DNA from: Planctomycetota bacterium
GTDB lineage: Bacteria > Planctomycetota > UBA1135 > GCA-002686595
DNA length: 64,000 nucleotides
NCBI GenBank assembly: GCA_016795325.1
Contig: JAEUHY010000043.1
Coordinates: 30,174-94,173, forward strand
Direction: 5' to 3'
The position numbers and the translations under genes are program-made. Below are positions 1 through 7,500 of this stretch, in pieces. The notes under the pieces were generated by a model, which ran no database searches, was not told where the DNA came from, and was given only the letters and a program-made list of their open reading frames with translations. Within the stretch, counting starts at the first letter, position 1; every line of letters starts with the position of its first letter.

Positions 1-68
1 ACCTGCGCATCGCGCCACTCCACGAGTTCGCCGTTGTGCCAGACCTTGGCTTGCGTGGGCAGCTTCAT
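1..68 (-). CDS. N-terminal fragment of a class IV (IlvE-type) aminotransferase-like protein; the gene continues left of the window
   Basis: The reverse strand has ATG at 66-68 and reads MKLPTQAKVWHNGELVEWRDAQV, open to the window edge. The W.NGELV.W.DA.V opening resembles branched-chain aminotransferase N-termini. Only 22 codons are visible. Confidence 0.3.
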   Translation of the reverse strand, partial: MKLPTQAKVWHNGELVEWRDAQ

Positions 69-134
69 CGCGCGTCGGTGTTCCTCAAACGTGGCGCGCC
101 GCGGCGGCCGGGGCGCGGATGATACGCTCGTGCC

Positions 135-401
135 ATGAACATCCAAGACGCACCCCACGGCATCAACGTGGTCGTCGAGACGCAGGCCGGGCGGGTCTAC
201 ATCGGCCGCTTCGACAGCACGAGCGGCTTCGAGGCCCTGATGCACGACTGCGACATCCGCGACTTCAAACCGGGCGAAGACCGCGAGCCCTTCATCCGCG
301 AGACCGCGACCTACGGCATCGACGTAAAGGAGCGCGACTGCACCGTCGACTGCCTGCAAGTGACGCGCGTTCGACTTCTGCGCGACATCCAAAAGCTCTG
401 A
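135..401 (+). CDS. Small hypothetical protein (88 aa)
   Basis: ATG-started ORF with balanced, non-shadow composition (MNIQDAPHGINVVVETQAGRVYIGRF...). It sits directly upstream of the next gene on the same strand. I recognise no family. Confidence 0.5.
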   Translation: MNIQDAPHGINVVVETQAGRVYIGRFDSTSGFEALMHDCDIRDFKPGEDREPFIRETATYGIDVKERDCTVDCLQVTRVRLLRDIQKL

Positions 402-425
402 ACTCCGCGCGCGGCCTGACTCACC

Positions 426-2117
426 GTGGCACGTTCGCGCACGCCGATCCTGCTCGCGCTGGCGGTCCTGACGATCTGGACCTTGCTGGTTCGCCTGTGG
501 GGCTACGACTTCGGCGTACCGCTCATGAAGGAGGCCGACACCTTCATCGTCGAGCACGTGCGCATGCTGAACGAGGGCGAGGTCAAGCTCGACCGCGCGC
601 AGTCCGCGCTGCAGTACCCCTCGCTGCTGGCCGAACTCGTCGCGCTGTTCTCCGAGCGCAAGCTCGAGCCGACAGGCGCCGAACGCACGCTCGGTGATCA
701 CCTCGCCAGCGCCGCGGCCCTGTGGCTTCACGTGCGGCTCGCCGTCGTGCTCGCGAGCGTGCTGCTCGTGCCGGCGACCTTCGCGCTCGCGCGGCGTTTC
801 GTCACCGACGGCTGGGCGCTGTTCGCGGCGGCGCTGACGAGCTTCAGCCTGTTGCACGTGTGCTTCGCGCAGCAGGCGCGCTGCCACGCGCTCGTCGCCT
901 CGCTCGCCGCTTGGTCGGTCGTCGCGATCCTGTGGATGCGGCGCAGCCCGTCGTGGCGCTCGTACGGCGCGTGCAGCGTGCTCGTGGCGCTGTCCGCGGG
1001 CGCCTTCCACTCCGGCCTCGCCGTGCTCGCGCCGCTCGCCGCCGCGCAGCTCCTGCGCCGCGACAAGCGCTGGACCGACACCCGCATCCTGCTGCCGCTC
1101 GCGCTCACCGCGGCCTCCGTGCGCGTCTTCTACTGGTACTACTTCGACGCCGCAGCGCGCGCCGCCAAGGGCGAGAACGACGGGCTGCTCGAAGCGCTGA
1201 TCAACGGCATGTTCGACGGCTCAGGCTTCGCGCGCCTGGGGCGAACGCTCTGGTACTACGAGCCGGTGCTCACGCTGTTCGTCGCGCTCGCGTTCGCGAC
1301 GACGCTGGCCACGCGCGGCAAGAGGCCGCTGGGAGCGAAGCCGGTCGACCGCGCCGATGCGCTGGTGGTCGCAAGCTATGTCGCGCCGTACGTGCTGCTC
1401 GCGGGATTTTTCAGCGAGACCTTCGAGCGCTTCCTGCTGCCGCTCGTGCCGTACTTCGCCGTGTTCGCAGCCTGGGGACTGTGTCGCCTGCAGCTCTCGC
1501 TCGCGCGCGCACGCGGCGCCTTCGCGCTCGCGTGCGCGGGGCTGCTCGCCCTTCCCCTCGCCGCTTCGACGAAGCTGAGCTGGCTGCGCGGGGGGGACTC
1601 GACGGTGGACGAAGCCACCGCATGGATCGAGCGCAACGTCACGTCGCCGGCGACGCAGCCAATCTACGCGCTGCCGCCCCTGGATTTCGGCGTGCTGCGC
1701 ACTCGCGAGAGCCTGCGCCCGCCGTACTTCACGCCCTGGACGCTGTACCAGAACCGACTCCCCGACGAGGCGCGTGCGGAACCGCTGTACCGCATCTACT
1801 GGCTGGCGGCGAAGGAAGGCCACGGAAAGCTCGACACGCAAGACGCGATCGAGGCGTACCTGCGCTCCCACGGGCCGGGTGTGTTCGCGGTCGAACGCAT
1901 CCACGCCAACCAAAGCGCGTCCCGCGCGGCGATCGTCGACACGCTGGTCGCGCGCGGCCGTCTGCTCGCGCGCATCTCGCCGGACAGCGATCCGCACTAC
2001 AGCGAGCACAAGCTCTGGGAGCAGGACGTCGAGGCGCCGGGCTGGCGCCACGTGACGCTGCGCGTGCTGCGTGCGCGCGCGGTAGGCCCGGTGATCGAGT
2101 TCTACGAGTTGCCGTGA
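426..2117 (+). CDS. Polytopic membrane protein, GT39/ArnT-PMT-like glycosyltransferase (tentative)
   Basis: GTG start at 426. The N-terminus (ILLALAVLTIWTLLVRLWGYDFGVP) and many hydrophobic segments followed by a soluble C-terminal region match ArnT/PMT_2-type architecture. The family assignment is by eye only. Confidence 0.6.
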   Translation: MARSRTPILLALAVLTIWTLLVRLWGYDFGVPLMKEADTFIVEHVRMLNEGEVKLDRAQSALQYPSLLAELVALFSERKLEPTGAERTLGDHLASAAALWLHVRLAVVLASVLLVPATFALARRFVTDGWALFAAALTSFSLLHVCFAQQARCHALVASLAAWSVVAILWMRRSPSWRSYGACSVLVALSAGAFHSGLAVLAPLAAAQLLRRDKRWTDTRILLPLALTAASVRVFYWYYFDAAARAAKGENDGLLEALINGMFDGSGFARLGRTLWYYEPVLTLFVALAFATTLATRGKRPLGAKPVDRADALVVASYVAPYVLLAGFFSETFERFLLPLVPYFAVFAAWGLCRLQLSLARARGAFALACAGLLALPLAASTKLSWLRGGDSTVDEATAWIERNVTSPATQPIYALPPLDFGVLRTRESLRPPYFTPWTLYQNRLPDEARAEPLYRIYWLAAKEGHGKLDTQDAIEAYLRSHGPGVFAVERIHANQSASRAAIVDTLVARGRLLARISPDSDPHYSEHKLWEQDVEAPGWRHVTLRVLRARAVGPVIEFYELP

Positions 2118-2204
2118 GGCCACGGCGCGCGGGAAACGCGCGCGGGCGCCGACTCACACTTCAGGCGGCGAGGCGCGCAGGACGGAGTGCTGGCCGCGCG
2201 CAGC

Positions 2205-2543
2205 TCAGCCGACGCGCCGACGGAACGGCTCGAGGAACTCGCGCGCGACTTGTTTGGCGCGCCCGAACAGCCCGCTCGCCTCGCACTCGAGCGTGAGCGT
2301 GGCCGAGGGAATCCCGTCGGGGCCCTCGACGCGGATGCGCACGCTCGCTGCGCCGCCCAGCAACCCACCCGAGCGCTCACAGTGCAGCTCGAGCCGTTCG
2401 GCGTCCTCGCGCACGAGCTTCCACGCCGCGAGGTCCGCGACCATGTCCTTGGCCTCGGCGAAGACATCTTCGCGGCGCACGGCGACCCGCATCGGCCGCA
2501 GGACGGCGTCGGACTCGTCGTCCGTGGTGCGAAAGCTCGCCAT
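2205..2543 (-). CDS. Hypothetical protein (112 aa), possibly DUF1499-like
   Basis: ATG at 2541-2543. It lies 36 nt downstream of rpsT on the same strand. Composition is coding-like, while the opposite-strand ORFs are Arg-rich shadows. Confidence 0.5.
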   Translation of the reverse strand: MASFRTTDDESDAVLRPMRVAVRREDVFAEAKDMVADLAAWKLVREDAERLELHCERSGGLLGGAASVRIRVEGPDGIPSATLTLECEASGLFGRAKQVAREFLEPFRRRVG

Positions 2544-2579
2544 GTTCGCAGCTCGAGTCCGACGGGCGGCTCGCGTGGC

Positions 2580-2840
2580 CTACTTGGCCGCGGCGAGCTT
2601 GTTCAGCGCCTTCTGCAGACGGCTCTTGCGGCGCGCTGCGGTGTTCTTGTGGATCACGCCGTGCTTGGCGGCCTTGTCGGTGCGCTTGACCGCAGTGCGT
2701 GCGGCGGCGTCGCGCTTGGCGGGCTCGGCGGTCAGCGCGGCCTTGACCGCGGACTTGAGCGCAGTGCGCTCGGCGCGGTTCTTCAGACGGGCCTGTTCGT
2801 TGGTGCGGACGCGCTTGGCAGCTTGCTTGGAGTGGGTCAT
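2580..2840 (-). CDS. rpsT: 30S ribosomal protein S20
   Basis: 86-aa highly basic protein: MTHSKQAAKRVRTNEQARLKNRAERTALKSAVK...HKNTAARRKSRL. This is the characteristic S20 sequence pattern and size. Confidence 0.9.
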   Translation of the reverse strand: MTHSKQAAKRVRTNEQARLKNRAERTALKSAVKAALTAEPAKRDAAARTAVKRTDKAAKHGVIHKNTAARRKSRLQKALNKLAAAK

Positions 2841-2936
2841 TGTGCTGGTTCGGAGGTCGAAATCGGGGGTCTGGCTAGCGAGGGGCTCGCTGCCGGTTGG
2901 TTCTCGGGCTCAGGGCGGACCACCGCGCGCGGCGCG

Positions 2937-4382
2937 CTAGCGGAACTGCTCCATCTTGGCGGCTACGTCGCGGTAGCCGATGTCCACTTCGTAGATGCGC
3001 GCATAGTAAGCGCGCGCATCGCCGGCGGCGCCTTCGGACTCGGCGATGAGCGCGAGGTTGTAGAGCACCTCCTTGGCGCGCTCGTCGACGTCGGCGACGC
3101 CCTCGAGCACACGCAGGTACTCCTTCTTGGCGAGGTCGGCGTAGCCCTTGTGCTGGAAGCACTGCGCCATCGCGAGGCGCGAATCGCGCTGCACACGCGG
3201 GTCGGCGTTGGCCTTCTGGAACTCCGCCAGGGCGGCGTCGAACTCCTTGCGCTTCATCAGCCGCTTGCCGAGTTGGAAGCGCAACTGGGCGTCGGCCGGA
3301 TGCACGTCGACGCGGCGGCGGTAGTCGTCGACCTCCGCGTCGAGCAACTCGCCCTCGAGCCGGCTCGCGAGCGCGGCGTCGCCTTCCTTGTCGGCCTTGG
3401 CGATGCGCTTCTTCAGCGCCTTGGAGCGCAGGTCGCCGACGCGACCGGCGAGTTCGAAGCTGTCCTTGCGGTACTGGAGCGCACGTTCGGCGACCTCGAG
3501 CGCCGCCTCGTAGTCCTTGAGGCGCTCGTGCACGTCGGCGAGCTGCAGCATCAGCTCGGGGTCCTTGGGCGACTCGGCGTAGGCCGCCTCGAGCCGATCG
3601 CGCTGCGCCTGCAGGTCCTCCTGCGACACTTGGAAGCGCTTCGTGCGCTCCAGGTCCGCAGCGTGGTCCTTGTTCTTAATCTGCTCGCGGCTGTGCTGGA
3701 CCTGGTCGAAGCGCCCCGCTTGCAGCGCGCGCTCCGCAGCGAGGTTCTTGCGCGCCTTGAGCGCTTCCTGGTCGCGCGGGTCGGCCTGCAGCGCACGCTC
3801 GTAGTACTCGAGCGCCTTGGCGTGATCTCCCAGGCGGTACGACAGCGCGCCCGCGCGCTTCAGACCCTCGGGATTCTTCGGCGCGATCTCCGCCACGAAC
3901 TCGTACACCGCGCGCGCGGACTTGGCCCAACCGGCGCCTTCGCAGCTGATCCCGAGCAGCAGGTTTGCTTCCTCGTCGAGCGGGTTGCCGGCGAGGTAAC
4001 CCTCGAGGCTCTTGGCCGCCGCAGCGTGCTTGCCCGCCTTGGCCAGCGTCTTCGCCATGGCGAGCGGCCCGGCGCCGGCCAGCGCCTTGAACAGCCTGCC
4101 GCCCGAGTTCTGCTCGGCGCGCTTCTTCAGCGCCTGGCGCAGACCGGCGCGCGCTTCGGCGAGGTCGGGATCGAGCTCCAAAAGCTGCTGGAACACCTCG
4201 ACCGCAAAGTCGTAGTTGCGCCGCCGCAGGGCCTCGTCGGCCTTCTGGAGATGTTTCGAATAGTCCAAGGGAAACGTCGCGTGCCTCGCTTCCGAATCCG
4301 CTTCCGCGACTGCGACCCGCACAGGCGGCGACGCAGCGGGCGTCGGCGCTGCGCGTTCCGCCGACGCGGAGAGGCGCGCCAC
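2937..4382 (-). CDS. TPR-repeat protein (481 aa)
   Basis: GTG start at 4382. It contains repeated 34-aa A/L/Y-pattern helical repeats (e.g. YDFAVEVFQQLLELDPDLAEARAGL, KALEYYERALQADPRDQEAL, DYEAALEVAERALQY). Confidence 0.8.
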   Translation of the reverse strand: MARLSASAERAAPTPAASPPVRVAVAEADSEARHATFPLDYSKHLQKADEALRRRNYDFAVEVFQQLLELDPDLAEARAGLRQALKKRAEQNSGGRLFKALAGAGPLAMAKTLAKAGKHAAAAKSLEGYLAGNPLDEEANLLLGISCEGAGWAKSARAVYEFVAEIAPKNPEGLKRAGALSYRLGDHAKALEYYERALQADPRDQEALKARKNLAAERALQAGRFDQVQHSREQIKNKDHAADLERTKRFQVSQEDLQAQRDRLEAAYAESPKDPELMLQLADVHERLKDYEAALEVAERALQYRKDSFELAGRVGDLRSKALKKRIAKADKEGDAALASRLEGELLDAEVDDYRRRVDVHPADAQLRFQLGKRLMKRKEFDAALAEFQKANADPRVQRDSRLAMAQCFQHKGYADLAKKEYLRVLEGVADVDERAKEVLYNLALIAESEGAAGDARAYYARIYEVDIGYRDVAAKMEQFR

Positions 4383-4493
4383 CGGCGCGGGCTAGGCCGA
4401 AAACGAGGGGCGGAGAGATTACCGGCGCGGCGAAAACCCGTCAACGCGAGGCTACAGTTGGGGGGGGAATACCTCCAGCCCGTCCGTGCCGCC

Positions 4494-5048
4494 ATGACCG
4501 CTCCGCTCGACTTCCGCCTCACGCTCTATCCCGATCCGGTGCTGCGCAAGGTGGCGGCCCCCGTGCCCGCCTTCGACGACGAGCTGCGCGCCACGGTCGC
4601 GGCCATGTTCGAGCTGATGTACCGCAGCAACGGCGTCGGCCTAGCCGCGCCGCAGGTGGGCCTCAACCAGCGCATTCTGGTGCTCAACCCCTCCGGGGAG
4701 CGCGCCCAGGCCGACCAGGAGCTGGCGCTGGTCAACGTGACGATCCTCGACCGCTCCGGCGCGCCGACGAACTACGAGGAAGGCTGCCTGTCGTTCCCCG
4801 AGATCTACGCCGAGGTCAAGCGCCCTGAGCGCTGCAAGGTGAAGGCCTTCAGCCCCGACGGGACGCCGATCGAGCGCGAGTTCGACGGCTTCACCAGCCG
4901 CGTGATCCAGCACGAGTACGACCACCTCGAGGGCGTGCTGCTCGTCGACCGGATGTCGCTCGCCGACAAACAGCGCCACAAGGTCGCGCTCGAGAAGCTT
5001 GTCGAGCGCTACAAGCGCGCTCGTGCATCGGGTGCGGCGCGTCCGTGA
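4494..5048 (+). CDS. def: Peptide deformylase
   Basis: ATG at 4494, in frame inside the long track ORF 2187..5048. All three deformylase motifs are present: GVGLAAPQVG, EGCLSFP, QHEYDHLEG. Confidence 0.92.
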   Translation: MTAPLDFRLTLYPDPVLRKVAAPVPAFDDELRATVAAMFELMYRSNGVGLAAPQVGLNQRILVLNPSGERAQADQELALVNVTILDRSGAPTNYEEGCLSFPEIYAEVKRPERCKVKAFSPDGTPIEREFDGFTSRVIQHEYDHLEGVLLVDRMSLADKQRHKVALEKLVERYKRARASGAARP

Positions 5049-5992
5049 ACGTACGGCGTGACTGGCGCGGTCCGGCGCCGGCCGCGGGCGCTGTCGTATC
5101 GATCGGCGTGTTCGACGGCGTGCACCTCGGCCACCAGGCGATTCTGGCCGCGAATCTGGCCCGTGCGCGCCAGCTGGGCGCGACGCCGACGGTCGTCACC
5201 TTCGACGGCCACCCCAAACAACTGCTGCTGGGGCGGGCGCCACGCACCCTGACGAGCCTGGGCCACCGCTTGGAGCTGTTCGCCGCGGCCGGTATCGAGC
5301 AGACGGTCGTGCTCGAATTCGACGCCGCGCTGCGCGAGCTGTCCGCCGAGCGCTTCGCCCGCGAGGTGCTCGTCGCAGGCCTGGGTGCGCGGGCCTTCGT
5401 GCTCGGCTTCGACAGCAAGTTCGGCCGCGACCGGCGCGGCACGCCCGAGTTGCTCCGCGCGCTCGGGCTGGAGGTCGAGGTCGTCGGCCAGGTGCTCGTC
5501 GGCCAACACGCCGTTTCGAGCACGGCGATCCGCGAAGCCGTCGAACTGGGCGACCTCGAGCGCGCGCGCGCCATGCTCGGCCGCCCCGTGAGCGTGCTGG
5601 GCGAGGTGGTGCGCGGCGCGGCCCTGGGGCGCGAACTGGGCTTCCCGACGGCCAACATCGACCCGCACCACGAGCTCGAACCGCCCTCCGGCGTCTACTA
5701 CGGCCACCTGCGCATCGTCGCGGGCCCGGGCGGCGAGCGCCGAGCCGACGCCGAGCGCCTGTGGCCGGCTGTGGCCAACATCGGCACGCGCCCGACGGTC
5801 AGCCCGGGCCTGCCCGAGCGCCAGCGCCTGGAGGCGCACCTGCTCGGCTTCCAAGGCGACCTGTACGGCTCGACCGTCGAGTTGCAGTTCCTCGGAAGGC
5901 TGCGCGACGAACAGCGTTTCCCCTCGGTCGGCGCGCTCAAGGCCCAGATCGCGGCCGACGTGGCGCGCGCGCGCGAACTGTTGGGCGCGTAG
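5045..5992 (+). CDS. ribF: Bifunctional riboflavin kinase / FMN adenylyltransferase
   Basis: GTG at 5045 overlaps the def stop (GTGA). The N-terminus GVFDGVHLGHQAIL and the C-terminal riboflavin kinase region (GFPTANI...GVYYG...RPT...LEAHLLGF.GDLYG) are typical RibF. Confidence 0.9.
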   Translation: MNVRRDWRGPAPAAGAVVSIGVFDGVHLGHQAILAANLARARQLGATPTVVTFDGHPKQLLLGRAPRTLTSLGHRLELFAAAGIEQTVVLEFDAALRELSAERFAREVLVAGLGARAFVLGFDSKFGRDRRGTPELLRALGLEVEVVGQVLVGQHAVSSTAIREAVELGDLERARAMLGRPVSVLGEVVRGAALGRELGFPTANIDPHHELEPPSGVYYGHLRIVAGPGGERRADAERLWPAVANIGTRPTVSPGLPERQRLEAHLLGFQGDLYGSTVELQFLGRLRDEQRFPSVGALKAQIAADVARARELLGA

Positions 5993-5996
5993 CAGG

Positions 5997-6025
5997 TTGA
6001 CCGCCGCGCCGCGGCTCCCCATAAT
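5997..6025 (+). promoter_or_regulatory. Sigma70-type promoter candidate upstream of tRNA-Phe
   Basis: TTGACC (5997-6002), a 17-nt spacer, then CATAAT (6020-6025). This is a near-consensus -35/-10 pair that stands out in GC-rich sequence, about 85 nt upstream of the tRNA 5' end. Confidence 0.5.
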
Positions 6026-6111
6026 CCTCGCCCCTCTCGCGCGCTCCGCCCGCCCCCAACGGCGCTGGCGACGGTACGCGAGGGCGGTGCAGCGCACGCG
6101 GCGCACCAGGT

Positions 6112-6187
6112 GGGCAGGTAGCTCAGTCGGTAGAGCACTTGACTGAAAATCAAGGGGTCACCAGTTCAAGTCTGGTTCTGCCCACCA
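6112..6187 (+). tRNA. tRNA-Phe (anticodon GAA), genomically encoded CCA
   Basis: I folded the cloverleaf by hand. Acceptor GGGCAGG/TCTGCCC (one G-U pair), D arm GCTC-AGTCGGTA-GAGC, anticodon stem CTTGA/TCAAG with loop CTGAAAA, 5-nt variable loop, T arm ACCAG-TTCAAGT-CTGGT, discriminator A, then CCA. Confidence 0.93.
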
Positions 6188-6223
6188 CCTTCTTCTCTTC
6201 GCGCGGCGCTCCGCGCCTTCGCC

Positions 6224-6281
6224 GTGGTCCGCCCCGCCGCTGGGGTCCGCCCCGCCGCTGGGGTCCGCTGCGGCGCTGGGG
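6224..6281 (+). repeat. Three tandem 18-nt repeats (GGGGTCCGCCCCGCCGCT; third copy degenerate)
   Basis: Read directly: gtggtccgccccgccgct / ggggtccgccccgccgct / ggggtccgctgcggcgct, followed by ggggg. They lie between tRNA-Phe and the DUF971 gene. Confidence 0.85.
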
Positions 6282-6382
6282 GCCTCCCCTGCGCGCGTAA
6301 GCGCTCGCTCCGAGCTTCGCCGGGCGCTCGAGCGACCTGGAACGAGCCCACCGACTCCGCCAACAGGCCGCCCCCCTGCGCC

Positions 6383-6688
6383 ATGAACCCGTTCCAACCC
6401 CTCGTCATCCGTCGCAGCGACCCGGCCAAGCTCGAACTCGAGTGGGCCGACGGCCACAAGACCGTCTACACCGCCGCCCAGCTCCGCGGCGTGTGCCCCT
6501 GCGCCGGTTGCGTCAACGAGGTGACGGGCAAACGCATGCACGACCCCGCCAGCGTGCCCGCGGACCTCACCCAGGCCGATGTGCGCATGGTGGGGAACTA
6601 CGCGATCGCGCTGCGCTTCAGCGACGGGCACGACACCGGGATCTTCCCCTACCGCTTCCTGCGCGACCGCGATCCGCAGCTGGCTTGA
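6383..6688 (+). CDS. DUF971-domain protein (gamma-butyrobetaine hydroxylase-like N-terminal domain)
   Basis: ATG at 6383. L.LEWADGH...Y....LR..CPCA.C and AI.L.FSDGHDTGIF.Y..L match the DUF971 pattern. Size is ~101 aa. Confidence 0.75.
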   Translation: MNPFQPLVIRRSDPAKLELEWADGHKTVYTAAQLRGVCPCAGCVNEVTGKRMHDPASVPADLTQADVRMVGNYAIALRFSDGHDTGIFPYRFLRDRDPQLA

Positions 6689-6700
6689 GGGACTCCGCGC

Positions 6701-7150
6701 GTGGAGCACGAGCAGCCGGACGCTGACGACGACATCGAAGTGGCGCCCGGCGTGCGGATCCGCCGCAGCGAGCTGAAGTTCACGCCGCTGCGCGCCGGCG
6801 GCCCCGGCGGTCAGAACGTGAACAAGGTCTCGAACGGGGTCGAACTGCGCTGGAACCTCGCGACGAGCCCTGCGCTGCGGCCCGACCAGCGCGAGTTGCT
6901 GCGCGAGAAGCTCGGCAAGCGCGTCAACGGCGAGGGTGAGTTCATCCTGCGCGCGGTGGAGTTCCGCGAGCGGCTGGCCAACCTCGAGTCGGCGCAGCAG
7001 CGCTTCGTGGACTTGGTCTCCGCAGCCTTGAAACAGCAGGCTCGCCGCCGCGCCACCCGCCCCACGCGCGGCTCGGATCGGCGCCGGCGCGAGGCCAAGT
7101 CGCACCGCTCCGCCGTGAAGCGCGAACGGCGCTCCGCGGCGGACGAATGA
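6701..7150 (+). CDS. arfB: Alternative ribosome-rescue factor / peptidyl-tRNA hydrolase ArfB (RF-1 domain)
   Basis: GTG start. It has the GGQ motif in AGGPGGQNVNKVSNGVELRW and a basic C-terminal tail (RRRATRPTRGSDRRRREAKSHRS), in a ~149-aa protein. This is the typical ArfB/YaeJ architecture. Confidence 0.85.
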   Translation: MEHEQPDADDDIEVAPGVRIRRSELKFTPLRAGGPGGQNVNKVSNGVELRWNLATSPALRPDQRELLREKLGKRVNGEGEFILRAVEFRERLANLESAQQRFVDLVSAALKQQARRRATRPTRGSDRRRREAKSHRSAVKRERRSAADE

Positions 7151-7470
7151 CCGCGGAAGCCCCCGAAAAGCCTGAACGAGTGGTTAGAAACACCCGTTTT
7201 TCGTGCGCGTCGGAACGCCCCTGGAACCCGCGAAGCGGGCCGCGGACGCGCCTGGCGCCGCGGCGCAACAGCAGCCGCAACCACTTGCGGATAATCGGTT
7301 TAGGTCATCCTGCCTGGCCCCAGGCGGAGTTCGCGCGCCAGGAAGTCGCTCTCACTACCGATGGGCCCCGAACGGCCCAAAGGCCATCCGAACCCGCTCG
7401 GGGTCTTGCTCCGAGCACCGTCGCGCGGCAACTTCTGCGCGCACTAGACCCCATCCCTTCTCTCTGGTGT

Positions 7471-7486
7471 CTCTCTCTCTCTCTCT
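7471..7486 (+). repeat. (CT)8 dinucleotide microsatellite in the porin 5' leader
   Basis: ctctctctctctctct read directly. It is preceded by a further CT-rich stretch (7456-7466) and followed by GGAG (7488-7491) and ATG at 7501. Confidence 0.9.
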
Positions 7487-7500
7487 TGGAGTGAATCCTC

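Noticed and set aside
2187-4493. 5' extension of the def ORF (the track ORF 2187..5048 is 953 aa)
   Set aside because: Only the last 184 codons are deformylase-like. The upstream 769 codons are low-complexity L/R/A/G, antisense to rpsT and the TPR gene, both of which have clear signatures.
6112-6382. tRNA-Phe followed by direct repeats, considered as an integration hotspot or genomic-island boundary
   Set aside because: There is no integrase, excisionase, phage or transposase gene anywhere nearby. I saw no second copy of the tRNA 3' end within the window, and the flanking genes are ordinary housekeeping genes (ribF, DUF971, arfB).
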